From Squalus acanthias (lineage: Eukaryota), in contig CM059431.1 in assembly GCA_030390025.1 (NCBI GenBank), positions 107,634,001-107,698,000 of the forward strand: a stretch of 64,000 nt of DNA, in the 5' to 3' direction. The notes under the pieces are model-generated. The model was not told the origin of the DNA, did no database searches, and saw only the letters and a list, made by a program, of their open reading frames with translations. Within the stretch, counting starts at the first letter, position 1; each line of letters starts with the position of its first letter. The translations under genes and the position numbers were made by a program. This document shows positions 47,781 through 59,758 of the stretch, in pieces.

Positions 47781-49545
47781 CGGAGGGGGATTTTTTCGGG
47801 GGGTCAGTGGGCGTGATCGGAGGTGGGTTGGGTGAGAAAAAAATATTTTTGACAGTGGGTCAGGACCCTGCTCTCCACACGACTTTCCCAAATGTCGGGT
47901 CTGTCAATGCTGATCAGACCCGACACAGCGGCGGGGGAGGCAATTCAGGTCATTATGACCTTGTTAACAGACCATTAAGAATAATTTTGAGCTCACCTTC
48001 AGAGTTGAATAAGTCGCCCACGGGTTCTACGCTGCTCGGGGATCACGTCAAGTAATCAAGTCAGGAGTTGTATGACCATGGAATCATCTCGTTACTTGAC
48101 AGTTGCAAATGTGCTATAAAAGCTCCCATCTCACAGCTGTTCACTTTCAAAGCTCAGAAGCTGTTGCTTACTGCATTTGGAAGACAGATTGAGCTTTATG
48201 CAGGTTGCAAGTTTTTGCAGTAAACTCTCTATCCAGTGTCACCTGATTGGAACAACCTCTCTCACCATTGACAGATTGCTTCTGTCATCTCAAGTTCAAC
48301 TGTCATCTATTACATCTATTAAAGGGGCGATCGATAGCTCCGAAAGCTTGTGATTTCAAATAAAACTGTTGGACTATAACCTGGTGTTGTGCGACTTCTC
48401 ATCTATTACATCAGCATCGGTGCCCTTGAAACTATCACAAATTGGTCCTTAGAATTCCACCACGATCAGCCCCAACACCAGCATCACCAGGCACACCAGC
48501 AGCACCAACAACAACACCAAACTTCTCCGCAATCAACTGATGCTGCACAGGACAGAGGGTATAAGCACCCATGCATATTACTGCCCGGGATGCCAGGGAT
48601 GGCCTCACCATGGCCAGATTTACTTCACTTGACACTGCACACCCTGGCTGCCACATGATGTGCCAGGTTGGCACCACCCCACACCAACAGCATAAAGCAT
48701 CCCTACAATGCCCAAGCCATTCCATTCACACTCATCACCATTGCGGGGAGTACCGTTATGTCTCACCATTCACTGCAACTCACTAAGCCACTTACAAAGG
48801 TGCACACAGATCTGTCCAAGAACGCAAAGTGTTCAAAATAAAGGTTTCAATGCTTAACAGGATATTAACAGAAACTTCACATGAACATTGGCTAAAACAC
48901 ACAAGCGCCTACCCTTGTGTGTTGTTAGTTGGTATGATTGGACTAGAATGAGGGTGAGTGTGAGGGGTGGCTAGTGAGATGGGGAAGTGATAATGTAGAT
49001 AGAGAGGGATAGTTGGAGGTGCAAGGTAAGTTGGTGTGAGTAAAGATGTGCAGGAGTAGGGTAGGGAAGGCAGAGTGATGGGGATGTGATGAGTGGCACA
49101 GTAGGATGAGGTTGAGTGTGGCTTTGCAGTAACGCTTCGTGATCTAATGCGAACATTGAAAGGTTTGCGCCACTGCAGCCTGGTCCTCCTGATGACATCC
49201 CTGCTTCTGTCCTCCTGTGCAATGTGCAACCAGGCTGCGTTGATCTCCTGGGGAGGTCTCTTCCGCCCATTGGAAGGGACAAGTACCTCCCTGAGTGCTG
49301 TGACTCCCTCCATAAGCATATGGAGGGAGTCATGGGAGAGCCTTGTGCCGCCCTGCACATCTGTATAGTGCTTGTCAGTGTTTGCAGCATCTAAATGCTG
49401 TAGAACACTGACAGCACAAATGTCAAAATCAATTTGCGCATGGTCCCTTTAAGGAAACTGGCTGATGACTTCATCAAATGACTTCATCAAACCCGCTTCC
49501 TTCAATTGGCTTGCAAACACGCTGGGTGGGCTTAACATGTCCAAT
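47781..49545. mobile_element. Decayed, internally deleted Harbinger of a second family
   Basis: G-rich GGGGGATTTT start; minus-strand Myb/SANT exon at about 49135-49358 (RLSHDSLHMLMEGV..REVLVPSNGRKRP...AWLHIAQE...RRTRLQWRKPFN). Confidence 0.65.
48318..48400. mobile_element. Short Penelope-like fragment, same family as 10601-10764
   Basis: Shares CTGTTGGACTATAACCTGGTGTTGTGCGACTTCTC; flanked by duplicated ATCTATTACATC. Confidence 0.6.
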
Positions 49546-49649
49546 CAGGATGAAAGCTTAGTGTCTAACCCAATGCATTTGTTCTCCAAATAATTCTGAA
49601 CCAAAGAAATTGGATCACCATACCTTACGTACCTGGAGAAATATGATAA

Positions 49650-50120
49650 AAAGAAAGACTTGCATTTATATAGCGGATTTCACGACCACCGGAGGTCTTA
49701 AAGTGCTTTACAGCCAATGAAGTACTTTTGAAGTGGAGTCACTGTTGTAATGTAGGAAATGCAGCCGCCAATTTGCACGCACAAAGGTCCCACAAACAGC
49801 AATGTGATAATAACCAGATAATCTGTTTTTGTTATGTTGGTTGAAGGAAAATTATTGGCCAGGACACTGGGGAGAACTCCCCTGCTCTTCTTTGAAATAG
49901 TGCCATGGGATCTTTTACACCCACCTGAGAGAGCAAACGGGGCCTCGGTTTAACGTCTCATCCGAAAGACGGCACCTCCAACAGTGCAGCACTCCCTCAG
50001 TACTGCACTGAGACTGTCAGCCTAGCTTTATGTGCTCAAGTCCCTGGAGTGGGACTTGAACCCACAACCTTCATAGAACTCGGAGGCGAGTGTGCTACCA
50101 ACTGAGCCACAGCTGACACT
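49650..50120 (-). mobile_element. SINE, SacSINE1-like, full length
   Basis: Head rc GTGTCAGCTGTGGCTCAGTTGGTAGC..GGTTCAAGTCC, core and tail. Confidence 0.88.
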
Positions 50121-50675
50121 AATGATGCAGTGAAATCTACATTTTAAATACATTAGCCCAAAAATTGCTCTCAAAATAATGGTGAGGCTAATGGCACTCG
50201 CCATTATTTAAGTGCAAATGCCACAGCAATTTCAAACGAGGGCAGATGTGAGGTTAAACAAGGAAATCGGGAAGTTGCTGTCTGGGAAATGCCGCTCCGC
50301 TGTTAGCTTTGCGAACAAAGCATCTTGCTGTCTGGCTCCCCATTGAAATGCATTTAACGGTGTGACGTTGCTGTATTTGCGGGGTGGATACGAACTAAAC
50401 TCGGCACGGAAAGTTAAGTCAAGTCATTTCAAGTCTAAGTACCCTTTTAAAAATGTGATAAGTGTTAATTACTGAAAGTGAACCTTCCTGGCACCGAAAA
50501 TTAAGTATTACAAGAGTGGAGTCTCATTTCTTCAGGTTTTAGTTGTTGTTCAAGATTTATTTTTTTAATTAACTTTTTTTAACTTTTTCTTTGTACCTTT
50601 TTTCTCTCTCCCTTAATCCAATCTTTCTTTACCTCTCTTTATTTCTCTTTCTGTACCTGATTTGACATTGAATTC

Positions 50676-51220
50676 ATCACTCTATTTAAGGAAGGATATA
50701 CTTGCATTGGAGGCAGTACAGAGAAGGTTCATGAGGTTGATTCCGGAGATGAAGGGGTTGTCTTATGAAGAAAGGTTGAGCTGGTTGGGCCTATACTCAT
50801 TGGAGTTTAGAAGAATGAGAGGGGATCTTATTGAAACATATAAGATTCTGAAGGAACTTGACATGGTAGAGGATGCTGAGAGGATGTTTCCCCTCGTGGG
50901 GGAATCTAGAACTAGGGGGCATAATTTCAGAATAAGGGGGCACGCATTTAAACTAAAAATGAGGAGGAATTTCTTCTTTCAGAGGGTCGTGAATCTTTGG
51001 AATTCTCTTCCCCCGAGAGCTGTGGAGGCTGGGTCATTGAATATATTTAAGGTGGAGATAGACAGATTTTTGAATGGAAAGGGAGTCAAGGGTTATGGGG
51101 AGCGGGCAGGGAAGTGGAGTTGAGGCCAAGACCACAACAGCCATGATCTTATTGAATGGCGGAGCAGGCTCGAGGGGCCAAATGACCTACTCCTGCTCCT
51201 ACGTCTTATGTTCTATGTTC
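50676..51220 (+). mobile_element. CR1 LINE 3' fragment (paralog of 35025-35566)
   Basis: ORF 50662-51123 and identical insertion junctions. Confidence 0.9.
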
Positions 51221-52057
51221 TAATTTACACTTCCTGGTTCAGACTCTAAGCTGTTCGTTAATGATTCTTCAGTCTGATTGGTTAAGGAGATGCACAGTTG
51301 CTTACCCTCTTCACTCAAGTCCCAGAGGCCCTGTAGAGGGCGCCGCTTTGTTTCCATCGCCCAGTGACAGCAAATTGCAGCACAAAATACCATGGAGATT
51401 AACCAGGCAAGGGCAAGTCTAACTAACAGTGGGCGCCATTCGTTGACCGGTTACAGGAATTTTTGAGCCAATGAGTATCGTATTCTTTAAAATAAATCAT
51501 ATATGTGTTGGAAGTCTTATGTTCCTTTATGGTCATCCCAATATCCCAATTGTTGAACTGTTATCATATCCCAAAGAGCTGCAGGTAAGTCTGTTTTGCT
51601 GAGCAGACTGCCAGATCATGGTGTAACAAGAGTGCTGGTTGGAAAGGCAAATTCTTTGTTAAATTGCAGTAAGTTCATGACATTCATCAAATGTCTGTGC
51701 AAAGAACCACAAATGTTTCAACTGCAACCAGCATTACTAATGATGGGCCGGAACTGAGAGTACAATTAGCTAGTCAGAAGCTGCACCTAGTGTTGTCATA
51801 AAATCTAATAACTGAAAGCACTAAAAACCAAGATATTAGCAAATATTATGGTGTCACTCAGTAAAGTGAAACAGCAGAACATCTGCTGCAAAGTTACTTT
51901 GTGGAATAATATTTCAATCAGGCACAAGGGCCAGAAAGACTGTAATAAGTTTAGTCAATCATCAATGCCAAAGGCCATTTCTTCAATAACTCTAAACCAC
52001 TTATGTATATGGTTTTTATCTTATCTGGTTACAACTCATTTGTTCTATGGCTAGTAT

Positions 52058-52831
52058 GGACTGGATTTTCAATGACCCGTGGAGTCGGGTTTGGAGGCGT
52101 GTGGGGGGTTAAAGTTGCAGATTCGGGGGTCCCGACCCCATCCCGACTCCATCCCGCCTCCACGCAATTTTGACAAAATCGGTCACGGAGTTCCCGACTC
52201 CGTCCCGCCTCCAAGAGGCGGGAGAGGCCATTAAAGTTCTTAACAAAGCCTAAATTGGCTCTGTAATGCCATTTTGAAACGTTTTAGCTAGTTTAACCCT
52301 TTTCCGACGTGAAGTACGCTTGATGTGAAACACTCCAGTGAAACCTGGAGGGAGCACAAGTGGATAGCTGACTATCAGCTGCAGGTCCACTATTACAGCG
52401 GAGATGTGATGAAGGTAGTAGTCGTATTGTGATGGGTAGTAGTATTAGATCTGAAAGTCGCCTCTGATGCTGCTGCATTGTCTTCAGAGACTGCCGCCTT
52501 GCTGTGAGAGGCCCTGGATGGAACAAAATTCTTTTTTTTTTCTCTCTCTCTCCCTCTCTCTCTCTCTCCTCCCCCAGCTCATTTTGCATCCAGGTCCCCT
52601 CACAGCAAATGCCAAACAATCTGTGATACCAGGCAGCCTGCAATGATGACATCATCAGATGTGACTTTCCCACTGAAACCACTAATTGGTTCATGGGTTC
52701 CCACATGCTGGAACTCAATTACCCAATTAAGTGAAAATTGCATCATTCATCCACATTAATCTGGAGTCGGGGGGACAACACGAAATGCGGGTAACACGAA
52801 CCCAACCCGACCCCAAGACAAAATCGAGCCC
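52058..52831. mobile_element. Harbinger-like MITE (paralog of 36404-37175)
   Basis: GGACTGGATTTT...AAAATCGAGCCC. Confidence 0.8.
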
Positions 52832-53215
52832 ATAGGGGCTGATTGTCATCCTGGGCACTATGCCTTTGGAACTTTGATGGGCTGGCTCTTCAATCCACCC
52901 TATCCCTTCGCCCTTGACCCTTGCCAATTTACCAGGGTCAGGGTCATTTGAATAGTTGGGTAGGTTTCATGGCAGTATTCCCGCCTGCCTTGGTGAGGCC
53001 AGTTTGGGGAAGGGTGGGAAATTGTTGTTGTCAGCCTCAGGAGCCAATAGCAGCATAGCTTGTCTGTCATCCATGGTTCAGTTGGTAGCAGTCTTGCCTC
53101 TGAAACTTGGGCACAAAAATCTAGGCCGATACTCCAGCGCAATATTGAGGGAGTGCTACATTGTTGGAGGTGCCGTCTTTCAGATGAGACATTAAACCGA
53201 GGTCCCGTCTGCTCT

Positions 53216-54678
53216 TGAAGGGATAATTACAAGTCCTAGCCCTTTTCGGGCTACCCCAGATCAGGCGTATTCCCCAGACATTCACCTTCAACTAAAGTTA
53301 GCGCTAGCCGAATCCTAGAGATGCTTAATTGGGTCTAAAGGTCAGACTACCTCTCCCTAAAGGAAAGAAACGACCTGAAGATGTTACCGTCCTCTAGATA
53401 GCACTTTTAACAAGTTTAACTAGACTGTAACCTTCCGGAGATTATGAGGGTCCAGAAAATCCTCCAGAATTCTGCAACTCCTTACAAAAGAGTGTACAGA
53501 AATTGAGTTTGCGAGATTGATACAGAAATACTACTTGAGACTATTCTAAAAATATATAGATTTATTAAAGAACCAACATTTAGTTAATAGCTGGTATGGC
53601 AATCGCAACTTTAACCGTTCAAAATACAAATAGCTTACATTTCTTATCAGAGATCCTTATTCTCACATCTTAACTTCGTTACATTTCCACACTTCTACTT
53701 ATTTCTTAATCCAGAATATCCACCAAAATCAAATACCTTGATTATCCGAGACTCAGAGTTGTAGGCCTACAGAATGGTTCTGAAGACGAGAATTGCTCTG
53801 CCCTTTCCCAGCGACTCTGTTTTCTCATTTGAAAAGCTCTTATTTTTATACTCTTTTTTAGTGGTATATTTTTTGAAGTTTTCTTTTGATGTAAGCTAAT
53901 TGTCTCTCGTGATACTCCATTGAATTCCTTTCTATTCTTACTGTCATTTCAGCTGCCAACTTTTAGAATTCTGTCTCTACCTTTAGGTGTTTCAAAAACT
54001 ATCATAAAATGGTTATTAGAGATTTATCTTTTGATGCTATTCTTAGCAAGTCTTTCTATTGAATTCTTAATATCACTTAACTGCTTGTAAGCCTGACGTC
54101 GTGACTCCGTGTTCCAAGTTCAATACAAACACAATGTAATTGCTGTTAGAAATTACCGATTGGCTAATTTCTATTGATATTATATCTTCAAAGCCTCTCT
54201 GTAGGTATCTTTTACAATTTGTAAATTGAAAACACTTCTCTTAGGGTGTTTACTTGTTTTCTTGCTATCTCAATTGGTTGCATATTTAATGGTGTTTCCT
54301 GTCTGATTTGATGTTACTTTATGAAGGCATATGGTTGTTTAATGTTCTAAGTTTCTGTTTCCCTGAGTGTTAGCTTATAACACTTTACTTGGGTCATTCC
54401 ATTGTGTTTCTCCCAAACTCCAGACCTTCTGGAAGCGCCAATGGTTTGCTTCAATAGGGGCATTGTTTTTGTGTTTACAACCATCTCCCATTTCAAAGCT
54501 TGTGGTGTTTTACAGCTTTTGTGTTAACACTTCATCTTATCCCAGAAGCCTGTATTGTATTTGCAGCCTGTGTAGCCAAGGCTTTCCAGACTTTTAAACT
54601 CAGCATATCTTGTATTAATAATATCAAAATCTGTTCATAGGATGATGTATTTCTTGGAATATGGCTATTTCCTTCACA
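53216..54678 (-). mobile_element. Solo LTR, 1463 bp, 4-bp TSD CTCT, inside a SINE
   Basis: SINE ...CCGTCTG-CTCT|TGAAGG...CCTTCACA|CTCT-CTCAAG; minus-strand TATA box and AATAAA. Confidence 0.78.
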
Positions 54679-56159
54679 CTCTCTCAAGTAGATGTAAAAG
54701 ATCCCATGGCACTATTTCAAAGAAGAGCAGGGGAGATCTCCCCGGTGTCCTGGCCAATATCTATCCCTCAATTAACATCACTGAAACAGATTATCCGGTC
54801 ATTATCACATTGCTCTTTGTGGGAGCTTGCTGTGCGCAAATTGGCTGTCACGTTTCCTACATTACAACAGTGACTCCACTTCAAAAAAAGTACTTCATTG
54901 GCTGTAAAGCACTTTGGGACATCCTGATGCCGTGAAAGGCGCTATAGAAATGTAAATCTTTCTTTCTGTTAAAAAAAATGTGACATTGGTATTACAATCA
55001 ATTACACTCCATTGGGCACTTTACAATTTAAATCCCACTTTCCATGCCATAGAAATGCGGAATGCCAGGATGACGTGGCATTCAGCGTTGCTATTGATCC
55101 AGTGATGAAAAATTCATCGTTGGACTATTGCAGTCATTTTTACCTCATTATAATCAACGCATTAAAAAAAAATAATCTTCACACAGTTAAGTTGGTGGCA
55201 ATGTTGAAGTGTGGATTTTCCCTGTAGCTGATTGACATGCATACTGTTTTCTTCATGGACTGAGTCCATTTTATATCGGCACAGAGTCCAGTAGTAGAGT
55301 AATGGTGAAGTAACGTATACTACCCGTGTGACGACTAAACGGTGCAAATAACATTTTGTGACTTAACTGTAAGGATAGAAAATATAGAAATTAGCCAATC
55401 AGTAATTTCTAACAGCAATAGTTTGATCGACACTACCCCTTATGCACCATTTTTTAATTTTTTAAATCAACTTATATAATCTTAAAATTAAACAAATGAG
55501 TGAATTCAAAAATTTTTAAGAATGAAGATGGTCAAATGTTGAAAATCTCTTTTTTGGAAGAAAATATATGAACCCAAGTGCCATTCCTTTCCTTTAAGTC
55601 TAGAGTATGCTGTGGCATAGTGTATGGAAACACTGTTTTCACTTGGCTGTGAATCCTGAACAGACAGAGAGGATGAATGGGATGTTAAGGCACCTAATGG
55701 CTTAAGCAGCCTCAATCTTGATGGCCATGACTCCATACCCATACAATGCCCATAATTCTGTGTTGAATGATATTACTTAAGCATCCTCACTCAATCAGTG
55801 ACAAGGAAGTAGACACAACACACTGAAGAATTTAGTAGTACTCCGTTGCCTGCAAAGCGCTTTGGGACGTCCTGAGGTCGAGAAGGTGCTATATAAATGC
55901 AAGTTCTTTCTTTCTAGTGTGGCAGCAGGTAAGTTAATGACTTTATATCTCTGGGATGTCAATTCAAATGGAGTCCAGAATGATGGGTTAAAAATTTCCT
56001 CAGCATGGCTGTGAAGATTTGTGACACCCAATTTTCCATCTATTTAAATGAATGATTTACTCCTAAATTGGCAATGCTACTCGGAATAGTGTAGGAAATA
56101 GAAACAATGTCACACTGGGTCAAGAGCGAAGTTCCACATCTGATATTAGCAGGGGTCCA

Positions 56160-56520
56160 TCTCACCCCTCCAAGTGCTGAACCTGTGGATACTGGCAGTG
56201 GATCAGCCATCACCGACCCTCTCCGCATCTCCCTCCAGAATGTCCGTTCACTTGCGAACAAGGCCCTTGCCATCCATGAGCTTATCGTGGATGATTGGAT
56301 CGACATCATGGCCATGATGGAAACTTGGCTGAGGTTTGATGACACCTTACCCTTAAATGACGATACCCAGCTCTACCTCACCACCACTTCTCTCGACCCC
56401 TCCATGGTCTTCAAATTGTCAGACTGCTTGTCCGACATCCAGTACTGGATGAGCAGAAATTTTCTCCAATTAAATATTGGAAAGACTGAAGCCATTGTCT
56501 TCGGTCCCCGCCACAAACTC
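56160..56520 (+). mobile_element. Internally deleted L2 (paralog of 45570-47780)
   Basis: Junction CCTTAAATGA|CGATACCCAG at 56360/56361. Confidence 0.85.
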
Positions 56521-57191
56521 GGAGGGGAATTTTTTTGGGGGGTCAGTGGGCGTGATCGGAGGTGGATCGGGTGGGAAAATGTTTTTTTTGACAGCGGGTC
56601 AGGACCCTGCTCTCCACACGACTTTCCAAAATGTCGGGTCTGTCAATGCTGATCAGACCCGACACACAGCGGCGGGGGAGGCAATTCAGGTTATTATCAC
56701 CTTGTTAACAGACCATTAAGAATAATTTTGAGCTCATCTTCAGAGTTGAATAGGTTGCCCACGGGGTCTACGCTGCTCGGGGATCACGTCAGGTAAGCAG
56801 GTCAGAGTTGTATGACCATGGAATCATCTCGTTACTTGACAGTTGCAAATGACATCAAGCTGCTGAATTGGAAAGTGTTCCCTTCTCCAGCACTAACATC
56901 CCTCATCTTGTTGAGAACCAAATATTTGCTAGTCAAATATTAAAAAAAAATATACTGGTGGCACTCTTGAGTTACATTACTAATAGTGCATGCTCTAAAC
57001 TCCATCTACTTCCTTCTTTCTCTGCTTTGCACACTAAGACAGTATTCCATCCTCCAGGACTGTCACTGCTGGAGAATGAAATTCCTTAACAATAACAGAA
57101 GAAAAGATTGTTAGGATTCAGGATTAGAAATTGTTTTTTTAGTATTTCAACTTTGTATCTGTAATTACTTTGCAAGGAAGTACACCCATGG

Positions 57192-57255
57192 TTAATTATG
57201 ATTAGAAGTGTCAGAAATGCCATCATTAATTATGATTGGAAGTGCCAGAAATGCC
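57192..57255. repeat. ~34-bp tandem duplication
   Basis: TTAATTATGATT(A/G)GAAGTG(T/C)CAGAAATGCC occurs twice. Confidence 0.75.
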
Positions 57256-57894
57256 TAAAGTACTGCAGCACTTTTAAAAATTCCATGTAATTCACTTTAA
57301 TGTATTCATTTGGTTTCAGCACCGATGAGACTGTCATGATTATTCCAACATAACTGAGGATCAATTGGATCAAATCTAAGATGCTTCCCCTTGCTGCGTA
57401 ATGCATTGAACTTATTTCAGTATTGCTACTTTACGTTGAAATCTTGAGGTATAAATTACTGGCAGATATTGAAAGCAGTCCACAATTCAATTTTATGCCA
57501 AGCCTAAGTAAAATTAAGATGAATCTTGAGAGACGGAATCTGCTCCAATTCTTATTATAGAGCTGTATAAATGCAATTAAAAAGGTCATATCTGAATTCG
57601 ATTATTTATTGACTAGGACTGCTTTACAGGTATCCTAAAGACAATCATTTTCTACATCAGGAACATTTTGGAGAAAGAAAAAGAGCCGTCAGTTTATTAC
57701 AATCATGTATGAAGAAGCCCGTCCACATTTCATTGTCTAATATTTATCATGACACTTAACAATTCAAGCAAGTAATTAATGTGCAAGGAATCACTCAAGT
57801 GAAAAGTTGATGAAGAAGTAACTGCTATATTCACATTAGTCACCAAATACAAAACATTGTTGTTTCCTGGTAGTTATTTAAAATGGCAGTGCCT

Positions 57895-58006
57895 CATAGA
57901 ATCATAGAATTTTACTGCACAGCAGGAGGCCATTCGGCCCATCGTGCCTGTGTTGGCTCTTTGAAAGAGCTCTCCAATTAGTCCCACTCCCCTGCTCTTT
58001 CCCCAT
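57895..58006 (-). mobile_element. CR1 3' UTR/tail fragment
   Basis: CATAGAATCATAGAA tail and GGAGGCCATTCGGCCCATCGTGCC. Confidence 0.7.
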
Positions 58007-58257
58007 AGACATTTTCTATAGTACTCCTCATGTTGAAGAATGTCTGAGTGCACTTTACATGGCACAGAGTTGGGTGTTAGGCATGAAGCGAAGGATTTTT
58101 TTTCTGGGGCGGGTGGAGGAGACTGTCGGCAAAGTAAAGAGATGTTTTTGGAAGACGTTTGAAGGCAGGGGTAGAGGTAGCAAAGCAAAGTGATTTTGGA
58201 GAAGAATCCCAGAGAGAGCAGCGCATATTGTGGCATCCGTGTACAACTTGCATGCCC

Positions 58258-59758
58258 ATTATTAAGGAGACAGTAACGGGACATTTGGATAATCATAATT
58301 TAATAGGGCAAAGTCAGCATGGTTTTATGAAGGGGAAGTCATGTTTGACAAATTTGCTGGAGTTCTTTGAGGAAGTAACACACAGGGTGGATAAAGGGGA
58401 ACCAGTGGATGTAGTGTATTTAGACTTCCAAAAGGCATTTGACAAGGTGCCACACAAAAGATTATTGCTTAAGATAAAAAATCACGGGATTGGGGGTAAT
58501 ATTCTGGCATGGATAGAGGATTGGCTATCTAACAGAAGGCAGAGAGTTGGGATAAATGGTTCATTCTCAGACTGGCAATCAGTAGCTAGTGGTGTTCCGC
58601 AGGGGTCAGTGCTGGGTCCCCAACTCTTTACAATCTATATTAACGATTTGGAGGAGGGGACCGAGTATAACATATCAAAGTTTGCAGATGATACTAAGAT
58701 GGGAGGGAAAGTAGTGAGTGAGGAGGACATAAAAAATCTGCAAGGGGACATAGACAGACTAAGTAAGTGGGCAGAGATTTGGCAGATGGAATACAATACT
58801 GGAAAGTGTGAGGTTATGCACTTTGGCAGGAAAAATAGTAGAGCAAGTTATTATCTAAATGGCAAGAAACTGGGAAGTACTGAAGTACAAAGGGATCTGG
58901 GGGTCCTGGTGCACAAAACTCAAAAGGTTAGTATGCAGGTGCAGCAAGTGATTAAGAAGGCCAATGGAATGTTGGCTTTCATTGCTAAGGGGATAGAATA
59001 TAAAAATAGGGAGGTATTGCTTCAGTTGTACAAGGTATTGGTGAGACCGCACCTGGAATACTGCATACAGTTTTGGTGTCCATACTTAAGAAAAGACATA
59101 CTTGCTCTCGAGTCAGTACAAAGAAGGTTCACTCGGTTAATCCCGGGGATGAGGGGATGGACATATGAGGAGAGGTTGGGTAGATTGGGACTCTACTCAT
59201 TGGAGTTCAGAAGAATGAGAGGCGATCTTATTGAAACATATAAGATTGTGAAGGGGTTGGATCGGGTGGATGCGGGGAGGATGTTCCCGATGATGGGTGA
59301 AACTAGAACTAGGGGGCATAGTCTTAGAATAAGGGGCTGCTCTTTTAAAACTGAGATGAGAAGGAACTATTTCACTCAGAGGGTGGTAGGTCCATGGAAT
59401 ATGCTGCCCCAAAAAGCTGTAGAAGCTACATCATTACATAAATTTAAAACAGAAATAGACAGTTTCCTAGAAGTAAAGGGAATTAAGGGTTACGGGGAGC
59501 GGGCAGGAATTTGGACATGAGTCTAGGTTCGGATCGGTCATGGCCCTGTGGGTAGCGTAGCGGGCCCAGGGGCCGTGTAGCCTGATCCTGCTCCTATTTC
59601 GTGTGTCCAATTCTGTTGGGTTCAGGAGATGGTTCTGTGATAGTAGATTGGCGGTTAGGATCAGATCAGCCATGATCTTATTGAATGGCGGAGCAGGCTC
59701 GAGGGGCCAATTGGCCTACTCCTGCTCCTATTTCTTATGTTCTTATGTTCTTATGTTC
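58258..59758 (+). mobile_element. Young 5'-truncated CR1 LINE with uninterrupted RT ORF (to 59520)
   Basis: QHGFMKGKSCLTNL, YLDFQKAFDKV, SGVPQGSVLGP, KFADDTK, C-terminal WNMLP; (TTCTTATG)3 tail; the first ~33 codons of the tracked ORF are non-homologous flank. Confidence 0.93.

Larger units (their letters stand above)
33022..48111 (+). repeat. Tandem segmental duplication, copy A
   Basis: Collinear with 49546-56851 from CAGGATGAAAGCT to GACAGTTGCAAATG, including unique non-TE sequence (e.g. 35820-36400 vs 51474-52054). Confidence 0.92.
49546..56851 (+). repeat. Tandem segmental duplication, copy B
   Basis: Collinear with 33022-48111 but lacks three DNA-transposon insertions and 1849 bp of the L2. 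Confidence 0.92.

Noticed and set aside
58159..59520. 453-aa ORF as a host gene
   Set aside because: 5'-truncated CR1 ORF2; the start lies in unrelated flank and the endonuclease is missing.
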